NCBI GenBank assembly: GCA_964016885.1
Contig: CAXHJY010000078.1
Span: 62,001-126,000 of the forward strand
Direction: 5' to 3'
From: Eledone cirrhosa
Lineage: Eukaryota
Length of the DNA: 64,000 bases
The translations under genes and the position numbers were made by a program. The notes beneath the pieces are model-generated. The model saw only the letters and a list, made by a program, of their open reading frames with translations. It did no database searches and was not told where the DNA came from. The number at the start of each line of letters is the position of its first letter. Within the stretch, counting starts at the first letter, position 1. Shown here in pieces: positions 21,001-39,800 of the stretch.

Positions 21001-24000
21001 AACACACGCCAACAAACACCTACACCAACACACACCAACACCAACACCAACACACACCAACAAACACCTACACCAACACACACCTACACCAACACACACC
21101 AACACCAACACACACCAACACACACCAACACCAACAACCACCAACACACACCAACACACACCAACACCAACACACACCAACACCAACACACACCAACACC
21201 AACACACACCAACACCAACACCAACACACACCAACAAACACCAACACCAACAAACACCAACACACACCAACACACACCAACACCAACACACACCAACACC
21301 AACAGACACCAACACCAACACACACCAACACCAACACACGCCAACACCAACACACACCAACACACACCAACACCAACACACACCAACACACACCAACACC
21401 AACACACACCAACACCAACACACACCAACGCCAACATACACCAACACCAACACACACCAACACACACCAACACCAACACACACCAACACCAACATACACC
21501 AACACCAACACCAACAAACACCAACACCAACAAACACCAACACCAACACACACCAACACCAACACACACCAACACCAACATACACCAACACCAACACCAA
21601 GACACACCAACACCAAGACACACCAACACCAACAAACACCAACACCAACACACACCAACACCAACACACACCAACACCAACATACACCAACACCAACACC
21701 AAGACACACCAACACCAACACACACCAACACCAACATACACCAACACCAACACCAACACACACCAACACCAACACACACCAACACCAACACACACCAACA
21801 CCAACAAACACCAACACCAACAAACACCAACACCAACAAACACCAACACCAACAAACACCAACACCAACAAACACCAACACCAACAAACACCAACACCAA
21901 CAAACACCAACACCAACAAACACCAACATCAACAAACACCAACACACACCAACACCAACATACATCAACACACACCAACACCAACACACACCAACACCAA
22001 CACACACCAACACCAACAAACACCAACACCAACAAACACCAACACCAACAAACACCAACACCAACAAACACCAACACCAACACCAACACACACCAACACC
22101 AACACACACCAACACCAACACACACCAACACCAACACACACCAACACCAACACACACCAACACCAACACACACCAACACCAACACACACCAACACACACC
22201 AACAAACACCAACACACACCAACACCAACACACACCAACACCAACACACACCAACACCAACACACACCAACACCAACACACACCAACACACACCAACACA
22301 CACCAACACCAACACACACCAATACCAACAAACACCAACACACACCAACACCAACACACACCAACACCAACACACACCAACACACACCAACACCAACCAA
22401 CACCAACCAACACCAACACACACCAACAAACACCTACACCAACACACACCAACACCAACACACACCAACACCAACACACACCAACACACACCAACAAACA
22501 CCAACACCAACACCAACACACGCCAACAAACACCTACACCAACACACACCAACACCAACACACACCAACAAACACCTACACCAACACACACCTACACCAA
22601 CACACACCAACACCAACACACACCAACACCAACACACACCAACACCAACACACACCAACACCAACAAACACCAACACACACCAACACACACCAACACCAA
22701 CACACACCAACACCAACACACACCAACACCAACACACACCAACACCAACACACACCAACACCAACACACACCAACACCAACACACACCAACAAACACCAA
22801 CACCAACAAACACCAACAGACACCAACACACACCAACACCAACACACACCAACACCAACATACATCAACACACACCAACACCAACACACACCAACACCAA
22901 CACACACCAACACCAACAAACACCAACACCAACAAACACCAACACCAACAAACACCAACACCAACAAACACCAACACCAACAAACACCAACACCAACAAA
23001 CACCAACACACACCAACACACACCAACACCAACACACACCAACACCAACATACATCAACACACACCAACACCAACACACACCAACAAACACCAACACCAA
23101 CACACACCAACACCAACACACACCAACACCAACACACACCAACACACACCAACACACACCAACACCAACACACACCAATACTAACAAACACCAACACACA
23201 CCAACACACACCAACACCAACACACACCAACACCAACACACACCAACACCAACACACACCAACACCAACCAACACCAACACACACCAACAAACACCTACA
23301 CCAACACACACCAACACCAATACACACCAACACCAACACACACCAACACACACCAACAAACACCAACACCAACACCAACACACACCAACACACGCCAACA
23401 AACACCTACACCAACACACACCAACACCAACACCAACACACACCAACAAACACCTACACCAACACACACCTACACCAACACACACCAACACCAACACCAA
23501 CACACACCAACACACACCAACACCAACAAACACCAACACACACCAACACCAACAAACACCAACACACACCAACACACACCAACACCAACACACACCAACA
23601 CCAACACACACCAACACCAACACACACCAACACCAACACCAACACACACCAACAAACACCAACACCAACAAACACCAACACACACCAACACACACCAACA
23701 CCAACACACACCAACACCAACATACATCAACACACACCAACACCAACACACACCAACACCAACAAACACCAACACCAACAAACACCAACACCAACAAACA
23801 CCAACACCAACAAACACCAACACCAACAAACACCAACACCAACAAACACCAACACCAACACACACCAACACCAACACACACCAACACACACCAACAAACA
23901 CCAACACACACCAACAAACACCAACACACACCAACACCAACACACACCAACACCAACCAACACCAACACACACCAACACACACCAACACACACCAACACA

Positions 24001-27000
24001 CACCAACACCAACACACACCAATACCAACACACACCAACACACGCCAACAAACACCTACACCAACACACACCAACACCAACACACACCAACACCAACACC
24101 AACCAACACCAACACACACCGACACACACCAACACCAACACACACCAATACCAACACACACCAACAAACACCACCAACACCAACACACACCAACACACAC
24201 CAACACCAACACACACCAACACCAACCAACACCAACACACACCAACAAACACCAACACCAACACACACCCACACCAACACACACCAACACACACCAACAA
24301 ACACCAACACCAACACCAACCAACACCAACACACACCAACACACACCAACACCAACACACACCAATACCAACACACACCAACACACGCCAACAAACACCT
24401 ACACCAACACACACCAACACCAACACACACCAACACCAACACACACCAACACCAACACACACCAACACCAACACACACCAACACCAACACACACCAACAC
24501 CAACACACACCAACACCAACCAACACCAACACCAACCAACACACACCAACACCAACCAACACCAACACACACCAACACACACCAACACCAACCAACACCA
24601 ACACCAACACACACCAACACCAACACACACCAACACCAACCAACACCAACACACACCAACACCAACCAACACCAACACACACCAACACCAACCAACACCA
24701 ACACACACCAACACACACCAACACCAACACACACCAACACCAACACACACCAACACCAACCAACACCAACACACACCAACACCAACCAACACCAACACCA
24801 ACCAACACCAACACACACCAACACCAACCAACACCAATACCAACACACACCAACAAACACCAACAAACACCAACACCAACACACACCAACACCAACCAAC
24901 ACCAACACACACCAACACACACCAACACCAACACACACCAACACCAACACACACCAACACCAACCAACACCAACACACACCAACACCAACCAACACCAAC
25001 ACCAACCAACACCAACACACACCAACACCAACCAACACCAACACACACCAACACACACCAATACCAACACACACCAACAAACACCAACACCAACACACAC
25101 CAACACCAACACACACCAACACCAACACACACCAACACACACCAACACCAACACACACCAACACCAACCAACACCAACACACACCAACACACACCAACAC
25201 CAACACACACCAACACCAACACACACCAACACCAACCAACACCAACACACACCAACACACACCAACACACACCAATACCAACACACACCAACAAACACCT
25301 ACACCAACACACACCAACACCAACACACACCAACACCAACACACACCAACACCAACCAACACCAACACACACCAACACACACCAACACCAACACACACCA
25401 ACACCAACACACACCAACACCAACCAACACCAACACACACCAACACCAACCAACACCAACACACACCAACACCAACACACACCAACACCAACACACACCA
25501 ACACACACCAACACACACCAACACACACCAACACACACCAACACCAACACCAACACACACCAACACCAACACACGCCAACACACACCAACACCAACACCA
25601 ACACACACCAACACACACCAACACCAACACACACCAACACACACCAACGCCAACACACACCAACACCAACACACACCAACACCAACACACACCAACACAC
25701 ACCAACGCCAACACACACCAACACCAACACATGCCAACACCAACACACGCCAACACCAACAAACACCAACACCAACACACGCCAACACCAACACACACCA
25801 ACACCAACACACGCCAACACCAACACACACCAACACACACCAACACCAACACACGCCAACACCAACAAACACCAACACCAACACACACCAACACACGCCA
25901 ACACCAACACACACCAACACCAACACACGCCAACACCAACACACACCAACACACACCAACACCAACACACACCAACACCAACACACACCAACACACACCA
26001 ACACCAACACACGCCAACACACACCAACACCAACACACACCAACACCAACAGACACCAACACACACCAACACCAACACACACCAACACCAACACACGCCA
26101 ACACCAACACACACCAACACACACCAACACACACCAACACCAACACACACCAACACCAACACACACCAACACCAACATACACCAACACACACCAACACAC
26201 ACCAACACCAACACACACCAACACCAACATACACCAACACCAACACCAACAAACACCAACACCAACACACACCAACACCAACACACACCAACACCAACAT
26301 ACACCAACACCAACACCAACACACACCAACACCAACACACACCAACACCAACACACACCAACACCAACACACACCAACACCAACACACACCAACACCAAC
26401 ATACACCAACACCAACACACACCAACACCAACACACACCAACACCAACACACACCAACACCAACACACACCAACACCAACACACACCAACACCAACACAC
26501 ACCAACACCAACAAACACCAACACACGCCAACACCAACACACACCAACACCAACACACGCCAACACCAACACACACCAACACCAACACACACCAACACCA
26601 ACACACACCAACACCAACACACGCCAACACCAACACACGCCAACACCAACACACACCAACACCAACACACGCCAACACCAACACACACCAACACCAACAC
26701 ACACCAACACCAACACATGCCAACACCAACACACACCAACACCAACACCAACACACGCCAACACCAACACACACCAACACCAACACACGCCAACACCAAC
26801 ACACACCAACACCAACACACACCAACACCAACACACACCAACACCAACACACACCAACACCAACACACACCAACACCAACACACACCAACACCAACACAC
26901 ACCAACACCAACACACGCCAACACCAACACACGCCAACACCAACACACGCCAACACCAACACACACCAACACCAACACACACCAACACCAACACACACCA

Positions 27001-30000
27001 ACACCAACACACACCAACACACACCAACACCAACACACGCCAACACACACCAACGCCAACACACACCAACACCAACACACACCAACACCAACACACACCA
27101 ACACCAACACACACCAACACCAACACACACCAACACCAACACACACCAACACCAACACACACCAACACCAACACACACCAACACCAACACACACCAACAC
27201 CAACACACACCAACACCAACACACACCAACACCAACACACACCAACACCAACACACACCAACACCAACACACGCCAACACCAACACACACCAACACCAAC
27301 ACACACCAACACCAACACACACCAACACACACCAACACACACCAACACCAACACACACCAACACAAACCAACACCAACACACACCAACACCAACACCAAC
27401 ACACACCAACACCAACAAACACCAACACCAACAAACACCAACACCAACAAACACCAACACCAACAAACACCAACACACACCAACACCAACACACACCAAC
27501 ACCAACACACACCAACACCAACACACACCAACACCAACATACATCAACACCAACACACACCAACACCAACACACACCAACACACACCAACACCAACACCA
27601 ACCAACACCAACACCAACAAACACCAACACACACCAACACCAACACCAACCAACACCAACATACACCAACACACACCAACACACTCCAACACCAACACAC
27701 TCCAACACCAACAAACACCAACACCAACACACACCAACACCAACAAACACCAACACCTACAAACACCAACACACACCAACACCAACAAACACCAACACCA
27801 ACAAACACCAACACCAACAAACACCAACACCAACACACACCAACACCAACACACACCAACACCAACACACACCAACACACACCAACACCAACACACACCA
27901 ACACACACCAACACCAACACACACCAACACCAACACACACCAACACCAACACACACCAACACCAACACACACCAACACACACCAACACCAACATATTTCA
28001 ACACACACCAACAGCAAGAAACACCAACACCAACTCCAACAAACACCAACACCAACACACACCAAGAAACACTAACACACACCAACACAAACACCAACAC
28101 AAACACCAACACACACCAACACCAACACACACCAACACACACCAACACACACCAACACACACCAACACACACCAACAAACACCAACACCAACACACACCA
28201 ACACCAACAAACACCAACACCAACACACACCAATACCAACACACACCAACAAACACCTACACCAACACACACCAACACCAACACACACCAACAAACACCA
28301 ACACACACCAACACACACCAACAAACACCAACACACACCAACACACACCAACAAACACCAACACACACCAACACACACCAACACACACCAACACACACCA
28401 ACACACACCAACACCAACACACACCAACACCGACAAACACCAACACCAACCAACACCCACACACACCAACACCGACAAACACCAACACCAACCAACACCA
28501 ACACCAACCAACACCCACACACACCAACACCAACACACACCAACGCCAACACACACCAACACCAACAAACACCAACAAACACCAACACACACCAACACCA
28601 ACAGACACCAACACACACCAACACACACCAACAAACACCAACACCAACACCAACACACACCAACACACACCAACACACACCAACAAACACCAACACCAAC
28701 AAACACCAACACCAACACACACCAACACCAACAAACACCAACACCAACAAACACCAACACCAACACACACCAATACCAACACACACCAACAAACACCTAC
28801 ACCAACACACACCAACACCAACACACACCAACAAACACCAACACACACACCAACACACACCAACACACACCAACAAACACCAACACACACCAACAAACAC
28901 CAACACACACCAACACACACCAACACACACCAACACCAACACACACCAACACCGACAAACACCAACACCAACCAACACCAACAAACACCAACACTAACAA
29001 ACACCAACACCCACACACACCAACACCAACACCCACACACACCAACACCAACACCAACACACACCAACACCAACACACACCAACACCAACACACACCAAC
29101 ACCAACACACACCAACACCAACACACACCAACAGCAACACACACCAGCACCAACAAACACCAACACCAACAAACACCAACACCAACAAACACCAACACCA
29201 ACACCAACACCAACACACACAAACACCAACACACACAAACACAACACCAACAAACACCAACACCAACACACACCAACACCAACACACACCAACACACACC
29301 AACACCAACACACACCAACACCAACACACACCAGCACCAACACACACCAACAAACACCAACACCAACAAACACCAACACCAACAAACACCAACACCAACA
29401 AACACCAACACCAACAAACACCAACACCAACAAACACCAACACCAACATACACCAACACACACCAACACCAACACACACCAACACCAACACACACCAACA
29501 CCAACAAACACCAACACCAACAAACACCAACACCAACACACACCAACACCAACAAACACCTACAAACACCAACACACACCAACACCAACAGACACCAACA
29601 CCAACAAACACCAACACCAACACACACCAACACCAACAAACACCAACACACACCAACACCAACACACACCAACACCAACACACACCAACACCAACACACA
29701 CCAACACCAACAAACACCAACACCAACAAACACCAACACCAACAAACACCAACACACACCAACACACACCAACACCAACACACACCAACACCAACATACA
29801 TAAACACACACCAACACACACCAACACCAACAAACACCAACACCAACAAACACCAACACCAACAAACACCAACACACACCAACACACACCAACACCAACA
29901 CACACCAACACCAACATACATCAACACCAACACACACCAACACACACCAACACCAACACACACCAACAAACACCAACACACACCAACACACCAACAAACA

Positions 30001-33000
30001 CCAACACACACCAACAAACACCAACACACACCAACACCAACAAACACCAACACCAACACACACCAACACCAACACACACCAACACCAACACACACCAACA
30101 CCAACACACACCAACACCAACAAACACCAACACACACCAACACACACCAACACCAACATACACCAACACCAACATACATCAACACCAACACACACCAACA
30201 CACACCAACACCAACACACACCAACACCAACAAACACCAACACCAACAAACACCAACACCAACAAACACCAACACCAACACACACCAACACCAACATACA
30301 TCAACACCAACATACACCAACACACACCAACACCAACAAACACCAACACCAACAAACACCAACACACACCAACAAACACCAACACCAACACCAACAAACA
30401 CCAACACCAACAAACACCAACACCAACAAACACCAACACCAACAAACACCAACACCAACAAACACCAACACCAACAAACACCAACAAACACCAACACACA
30501 CCAACACACACCAACACACACCAACACCAACACACACCAACACCAACACACACCAACAAACACCAACACACACCAACACCAACACACACCAACACCAACA
30601 CACACCAACACCAACACACACCAACAAACACCAACACACACCAACACCAACACACACCAACACCAACACACACCGACACCAACACCAACAAACACCAACA
30701 CACACCAACACACACCAACAGACACCAACACACACCAACACACACCAACACCAACACACACCAACACCAACACCAACACACACCAACACCAACACACACC
30801 AACAAACACCAACACACACCAACACCAACATGCATCAACACCAACACACACCAACACACACCAACACCAACACACGCCAACACCAACACACACCAACACC
30901 ACCAACACCTACACACGCCAACACCAACAAACACCAACACCAACACCAACAAACACCAACACCAACACACACCAACACCAACACACACCAACACCAACAC
31001 ACGCCAACACCAACAAACACCAACACACACCAACACCAACTCACACCAACACCAACTCACACCAACACACACCAACACCAACACACACCAACACCAACAC
31101 ACACCAACACAAACACACACCAACACCAACAAACACCAACAAACACCTACACACACCAACACCAACACACACCAACACCAACTCACACCAACACCAACAC
31201 ACACCAACACCAACAAACACCAACACACACCAACACCAACAAACACCAACACCAACACCAACACCAACACACACCAACACACACCAACACACACCAACAC
31301 ACACCAACACACACCAACACACACCAACACCAACACACACCAATACCAACACACACCAACAAACACCAACAAACACCTACACCAACACACACCAACACCA
31401 AGACACACCAACAAACACCAACACCAACACACACCAACACACACCAACAAACACCAACACACACCAACACCAACACACACCAACACACCAACACACACCA
31501 ACACACCAACAAACACCAACACACACCAACAAACACCAACACACACCAACAAACACCAACACACACCAACACCAACACACACCAACACCAACACTCACCA
31601 ACACCAACACACACCAACACCAACACACACCAACACCAACACACTCCAACACCAACAAACACCAACACCAACAAACACCAACACCAACACACACCAACAC
31701 CAACACACACCAACACCAACAAACACCAACACACACCAACACACACCAAAACACCAACAAACACCAACACACACCAACAAACACCAACACACACCAACAA
31801 ACACCAACAAACACCAACACACACCAACAAACACCAACACACACCAACAAACACCAACACACACCAACACCAACAAACACCAACACACACCAACACCAAC
31901 AAACACCAACACCAACAAACACCAACACCAACAAACACCAACACCAACAAACACCAACACCAACAAACACCAACACCAACAAACACCAACACCAACAAAC
32001 ACCAACACCAACAAACACCAACACCAACGCCAACACCAACACGCACCAACACCAACAAACACCAACACCAACAAACACCAACACCAACAAACACCACCAA
32101 CACACCAACACCGACAAACACCAACACCAACCAACACCAACAAACACCAACACCAACAAACACCAACACCAACAAACACCAACACCAACTAACACCAACA
32201 CCAACAAACACCAACACCAACAAACACCAACACACGCCAACACCAACACACGCCAACACCAACAAACACCAACACCAACAAACACCAACACCAACAAACA
32301 CCAACCAACACCAACAAACACCAACACACACCAACACCAACACCAACAAACACCAACACGCACCAACACCAACAAACACCAACACCAACAAACACCAACA
32401 CCAACAAACACCAACACCAACAAACACCAACAAACACCAACACCAACAAACACCAACACCAACAAACACCAACAAACACCAACACCAACAAACACCAACA
32501 CACACCAACACCAACACACACCAACACCAACACACACCAACACCAACACACACCAACACACACCAACACCAACACACACCAACACCAACACACACCAACA
32601 CCAACATGCATCAACACCAACACACACCAACACACACCAACACCAACACACACCAACACACCAACACCAACAAACACCAACACCAACAAACACCAACACC
32701 AACAAACACCAACACCAACACACACCAACACACACCAACACCAACACACACCAACACCAACATACACCAACACCAACACACACCAACACCAACACACACC
32801 AACACCAAAAAACACCAACACCAACAAACACCAACACCAACAAACACCAACACCAACAAACACCAACACCAACAAACACCAACACCAACAAACACCAACA
32901 AACACCAACACCAAGAAACACCAACACACACCAACACCAACAAACACCAACACCAAGAAACACCAACACACACCAACAGCAACAAACACCAACACACACC

Positions 33001-36000
33001 AACACCAACACACACCAACACCAAAAAACACCAACACCAACAAACACCAACACCAACACACACCAACACCAACATACACCAACACCAACATACACCAACA
33101 CCAACACACACCAACACCACCACACACCAACACCAACAAACACCAACACCAACAAACACCAACAAACACCAACACACACCAACACCAACACACGCCAACA
33201 CCAACACACACAAACACCAACACACACCAACACCAACAAACACCAACACCAACAAACACCAACACCAACAAACACCAACACCAACACACACCAACACACA
33301 CCAACAAACACCAACACACACCAACACACACCAACACACACCAACACACACCAACAAACACCAACACCAACAAACACCAACACCAACAAACACCAACACC
33401 AACAAACACCAACACCAACAAACACCAACACACACCAACACACACCAACACCAACAAACACCAACAAACACCAACAAACACCAACACCAACAAACACCAA
33501 CAAACACCAACACCAACACACACCAACACCAACACACACCAACACCAACACACACCAACACCAACACACACCAACACCAACACACACCAACACCAACAAA
33601 CACCAACACACACCAACGCCAACAGACACCAACACCAACAAACACCAACACCAACAAACACAAACACCAACAAACACCAACACACACCAACACCAACACC
33701 AACAAACACCAACACCAACAAACACCAACACCAACAAACACCAACACACACCAACACCAACACACACCAACACCAACACCAACAAACACCAACAAACACC
33801 AACAAACACCAACACCAACATACACCAACACACACCAACACCAACACACACCAACACCAACACACACCAACACCAACACACACCAACACCAACACACACC
33901 AACACCAACACACACCAACACCAACAAACACCAACACACACCAACGCCAACAGACACCAACACCAACAAACACCAACACCAACAAACACAAACACCAACA
34001 AACACAAACACCAACACACACCAACACCAACACACACCAACACCAACAAACACCAACACACACCAACACCAACAAACACCAACACCAACACACACCAACT
34101 CCAACAAACACCAACAAACACCAACACCAACAAACACCAACACACACCAACACCAACACACACCAACACCAACATACATCAACACCAACACACACCAACA
34201 CACACCAACACCAACACACACCAACACCAACACACACCAACACACACCAACACCAACACACACCAACACAAACACCAACACCAACAAACACCAACACCAA
34301 CAAACACCAACAAACACCAACACCAACACACACCAACACCAACATACTTCAACACCAACACCAACACACACCAACACACACCAACACACACCAACACCAA
34401 CAAACACCAACAAACACCAACAAACACCAACAAACACCAACACCAAGAAACACCAACACCAACAAACACCAACACCAACACACACCAAGAAAAACTAACA
34501 CACACCAACACAAACACCAAAACACACCAACACCAACACACACCAACACACACCAACACCAACACACACCAACACACCAACACACACCAACAAACACCAA
34601 CGCCAACACACACCAACACCAACACACACCAACACACACCAACACACACCAACACACACCAACACACACCAACACACACCAACACCAACACACACCAACA
34701 CCAACACACACCAACACCAATACTCACCAACACCAACACACACCAACACCAACACACACCAACACCAAAAAACACCAACACCAACAAACACCAACACCAA
34801 CAAACACCAACACCAACAAACACCAACACACACCAACACCAACAGACACCAACACCAACATACTTCAACACCAACACCAACACACACCAACACACACCAA
34901 CACCAACAAACACCAACAAACACCAACAAACACCAACAAAGACCAACACCAACAAACACCAACAAACACCAACACCAACAAACACCAACAAACACCAACA
35001 CCAAGAAACACCAACACCAACACCAAGAAACACCAACACCAACACACACCAACACCAACAAACACCAACACACACCAACACCAACAAACACCAACACCAA
35101 CAAACACCAACACCAACAAACACCAACACCAACAAACACCAACACACACCAACACCAACAAACACCAACACACACCAACACCAACACACACCAACACCAA
35201 CACACGCCAACACCAACACGCACCAACACCAACAAACACCAACACCAACAAACACCAACACACACCAACACCGACAAACACCAACACCAACAAACACCAA
35301 CACTAACAAACACCAACACCCACACACACCAACACCAACATACACCAACACACACCAACACCAACACACACCAATACCAACACACACCAACACCAACACA
35401 AACTAACAAACACCAACACCAAGAAACACCAACACACACCAACAGCAACAAACACCAACACACACCAACACCAAAAAACACCAACACCAACAAACACCAA
35501 CACCAACACACACCAACACCAACATACACCAACACCAACACACACCAACACCACCACCACACACCAACACCAACAAACACCAACACCAACAAACACCAAC
35601 ACACACCAACACCAACACACGCCAACACCAACACACGCCAACACCAACACACACCAACACCAACAAACACCAACACCAACAAACACCAACACACACCAAC
35701 ACCAACACACACCAACACCAACAAACACCAACACACACCAACAGACACCAACACCAACAAACACCAAAACCAACAAACACCAACACCAACACACACCAAC
35801 ACCAACAAACACCAACACCAACAAACACCAACACCAACAAACACAAACACCAACACACACCAACAAACACCAACACACACCAACACCAACAAACACCAAC
35901 ACCAACAAACACCAACACCAACAAACACCAACACCAACACACACCAACACCAACACACACCAACACCAACACACACCAACACCAACAAACACCAACAAAC

Positions 36001-36859
36001 ACCAACACCAACAAACACCAACACCAACAAACACCAACACCAACAAACACCAACACCAACACACACCAACACCAACATACTTCAACACCAACACCAACAC
36101 ACACAAACACACACCAACACCAACAAACACCAACAAACACCAACAAACACCAACACCAACACACACCAAGAAACACTAACACACCAACACAAACACCAAA
36201 ACACACCAACACCAACACACACCAACACCAACACACACCAACACCAACACACACCAACACACACCAACACACACCAACACACACCAACACACACCAACAA
36301 ACACCAACGCCAACACACACCAACACCAACACACCAACATCAACAAACACCAACACCAACACACACCAACACCAACACACACCAACACCAACACACACCA
36401 ACAAACACCAACACACACCAACACACACCAACAAACACCAACACACACCAACACACACCAACACACACCAACACCAACACACACCAATACACACCAACAC
36501 CAACACTCACCAACACCAACACTCACCAACACCAACAAACACCAACACCAAAAAACACCAACACCAACAAACACCAACACCAACAAACACCAACACCAAC
36601 AAACACCAAAACCAACAAACACCAACACCAACAAACACCAACACCAACAAACACCAACAGACACCAACACCAACATACTTCAACACCAACACACACCAAC
36701 AAACACCAACAAACACCAACAAACACCAACACCAAGAAACACCAACACCAACACCAAGAAACACCAACACCAACACACACCAAGAAACACTAACACACAC
36801 CAACACAAACACCAACACACACCAACACCAACACACACCAACACCAACACACACCAACA

Positions 36860-39800
36860 CACACCAACACACACCAACACACACCAACAAACACCAACGC
36901 CAACACACACCAACACCAACAAACACCAACACCAACAAACACCAACACCAACACACACCAACACCAACACACACCAACACCAACACACACCAACACACAC
37001 CAACACACACCAACACACACCAACACCAACACACACCAACACCAACACTCACCAACACCAACACACACCAACACCAACACACACCAACACCAACACACAC
37101 CAACACCAACACACACCAACACCAACACACACCAACACCAACACACACCAACACCAACACACACCAACACCAACAAACACCAACACCAACAAACACCAAC
37201 ACCAACAAACACCAACACCAACAAACACCAACACCAACAAACACCAACAAACACCAACACCAACAAACACCAACACCAACAAACACCAACACACACCAAC
37301 ACACACCAACACCAACAAACACCAACACCAACAAACACCAACACCAACAAACACCAACACCAACAAACACCAACACCAACAAACACCAACACCAACAAAC
37401 ACCAACACCAACAAACACCAACACACACCAACACCAACAAACACCAACACACACCAACACCAACAAACACCAACACCAACACACACCAACACCAACACAC
37501 ACCAACACCAACACACACCAACACCAACACACACCAACACCAACAAACACCAACACCAACACACACCAACACCAACATACACCAACACCAACACACACCA
37601 ACACACACCAACACCAACACCAACACACACCAACACCAACATACATCAACACCAACACACACCAACACACACCAACACCAACACACACCAACACACACCA
37701 ACACCAACACACACCAACACACACCAACACCAACAAACACCAACACCAACCAACACCAACACCAACCAACACCAACACCAACAAACACCAACACCAACAC
37801 ACACCAACACCAACATACTTCAACACCAACACGCACCAACACACACCAACACCAACAAACACCAACAAACACCAACAAACACCAACAAACACCAACACCA
37901 AGAAACACCAAGAAACACCACCAACAAACACCAACACCAACACACACCAAGAAACACAAACACCAAAACACACCAACACCAACACACACCAACACCAACA
38001 CACACCAACACACACCAACACACACCAACAAACACCAACACCAACACACACCAACAGCAACAAACACCAACGCCAACACACACCAACACCAACACACATC
38101 AACACCAACACACACCAACAAACACCAACACACACCAACACCAACACACACCAACACACACCAACACACACCAACAAACACCAAAACACACCAACACACA
38201 CCAACACACCAACACCAAAACTCACCAACACCAACACACACCAACACCAACACACACCAACACCAACAAACACCAACACCAACAAACACCAACACCAACA
38301 AACACCAACACCCACAAACACCAACAAACACCAACACACACCAACACACACCAACACCAACACACACCAACACCAACACACACCAACACCAACACACACC
38401 AACACACGCCAACACCAACACACACCAACACGCACCAACACCAACAAACACCAACGCCAACAAACACCAACACCAACAAACACCAACACCAACCAACACC
38501 AACAAATACCAACACTAACAAACACCAACACCCACACACACCAACACCAACATACACCAACACCAACACACACCAACACCAACACCAACACACACCAACA
38601 CCAACACACACCAACACCAACACACACCAGCACCAACACACACCAACACCAACAAACACCAACACACACCAACACCAACAAACACCAACACCAACAAACA
38701 CCAACACCAACAAGCACCAACACACACCAACACCGACAAACACCAACACCAACCAACACCAACAAACACCAACACTAACAAACACCAACAAACACCAACA
38801 CTAACAAACACCAACACCCACACACACCAACACCAACATACACCAACACCAACACACACCAACAGCAACAAACACCAACACACACCAACACCAACAAACA
38901 CCAACACCAACAAACACCAACACCAACAAACACCAACACCAACCAACACCAACATACACCAACACCAACATACACCAACACCAACAAACACCAACACCAA
39001 CAAACACCAACACCACCAACACCAACACACGCCAACACCAACACACGCCAACACCAACACACGCCAACACCAACACACGCCAACACACACCAACACCAAC
39101 AAACACCAACACCAACAAACAACAACACACACCAACACCAACACACACCAACACCAACAAACACCAACACCAACACACACCAACACCAACAAACACCAAC
39201 ACACACCAACACACACCAACACCAACACCAACACCAACAAACACCAACACGCACCAACACCAACAAACACCAACACCAACAAACACCAACACCAACAAAC
39301 ACCAACACGAACAAACACCAACACCAACAAACACCAACACACACCAACACCAACAAACACCAACACCAACAAACACCAACAAACACCAACACACACCAAC
39401 ACACACCAACACACACCAACACCAACAAACACCAACACCAACAAACACCAACACCAACAAACACCAACACACACCAACACCAACAAACACCAACAAACAC
39501 CAACACAAACACCAACAAACACCAACACAAACACCAACAAACACCAACACAAACACCAACACACACCAACACCAACACACACCAACACACACCAACACCA
39601 ACAAACACCAACACACACCAACACCAACACACACCAACACCAACACACACCAACACCAACAAACACCAACACCAACACACACCAACACCAACACACACCA
39701 ACACCAACACACACCAACACCAACACACACCAACACCAACACACACCAACACACACCAACACCAACACACACCAATACCAACAAACACCAACTCCAACAA

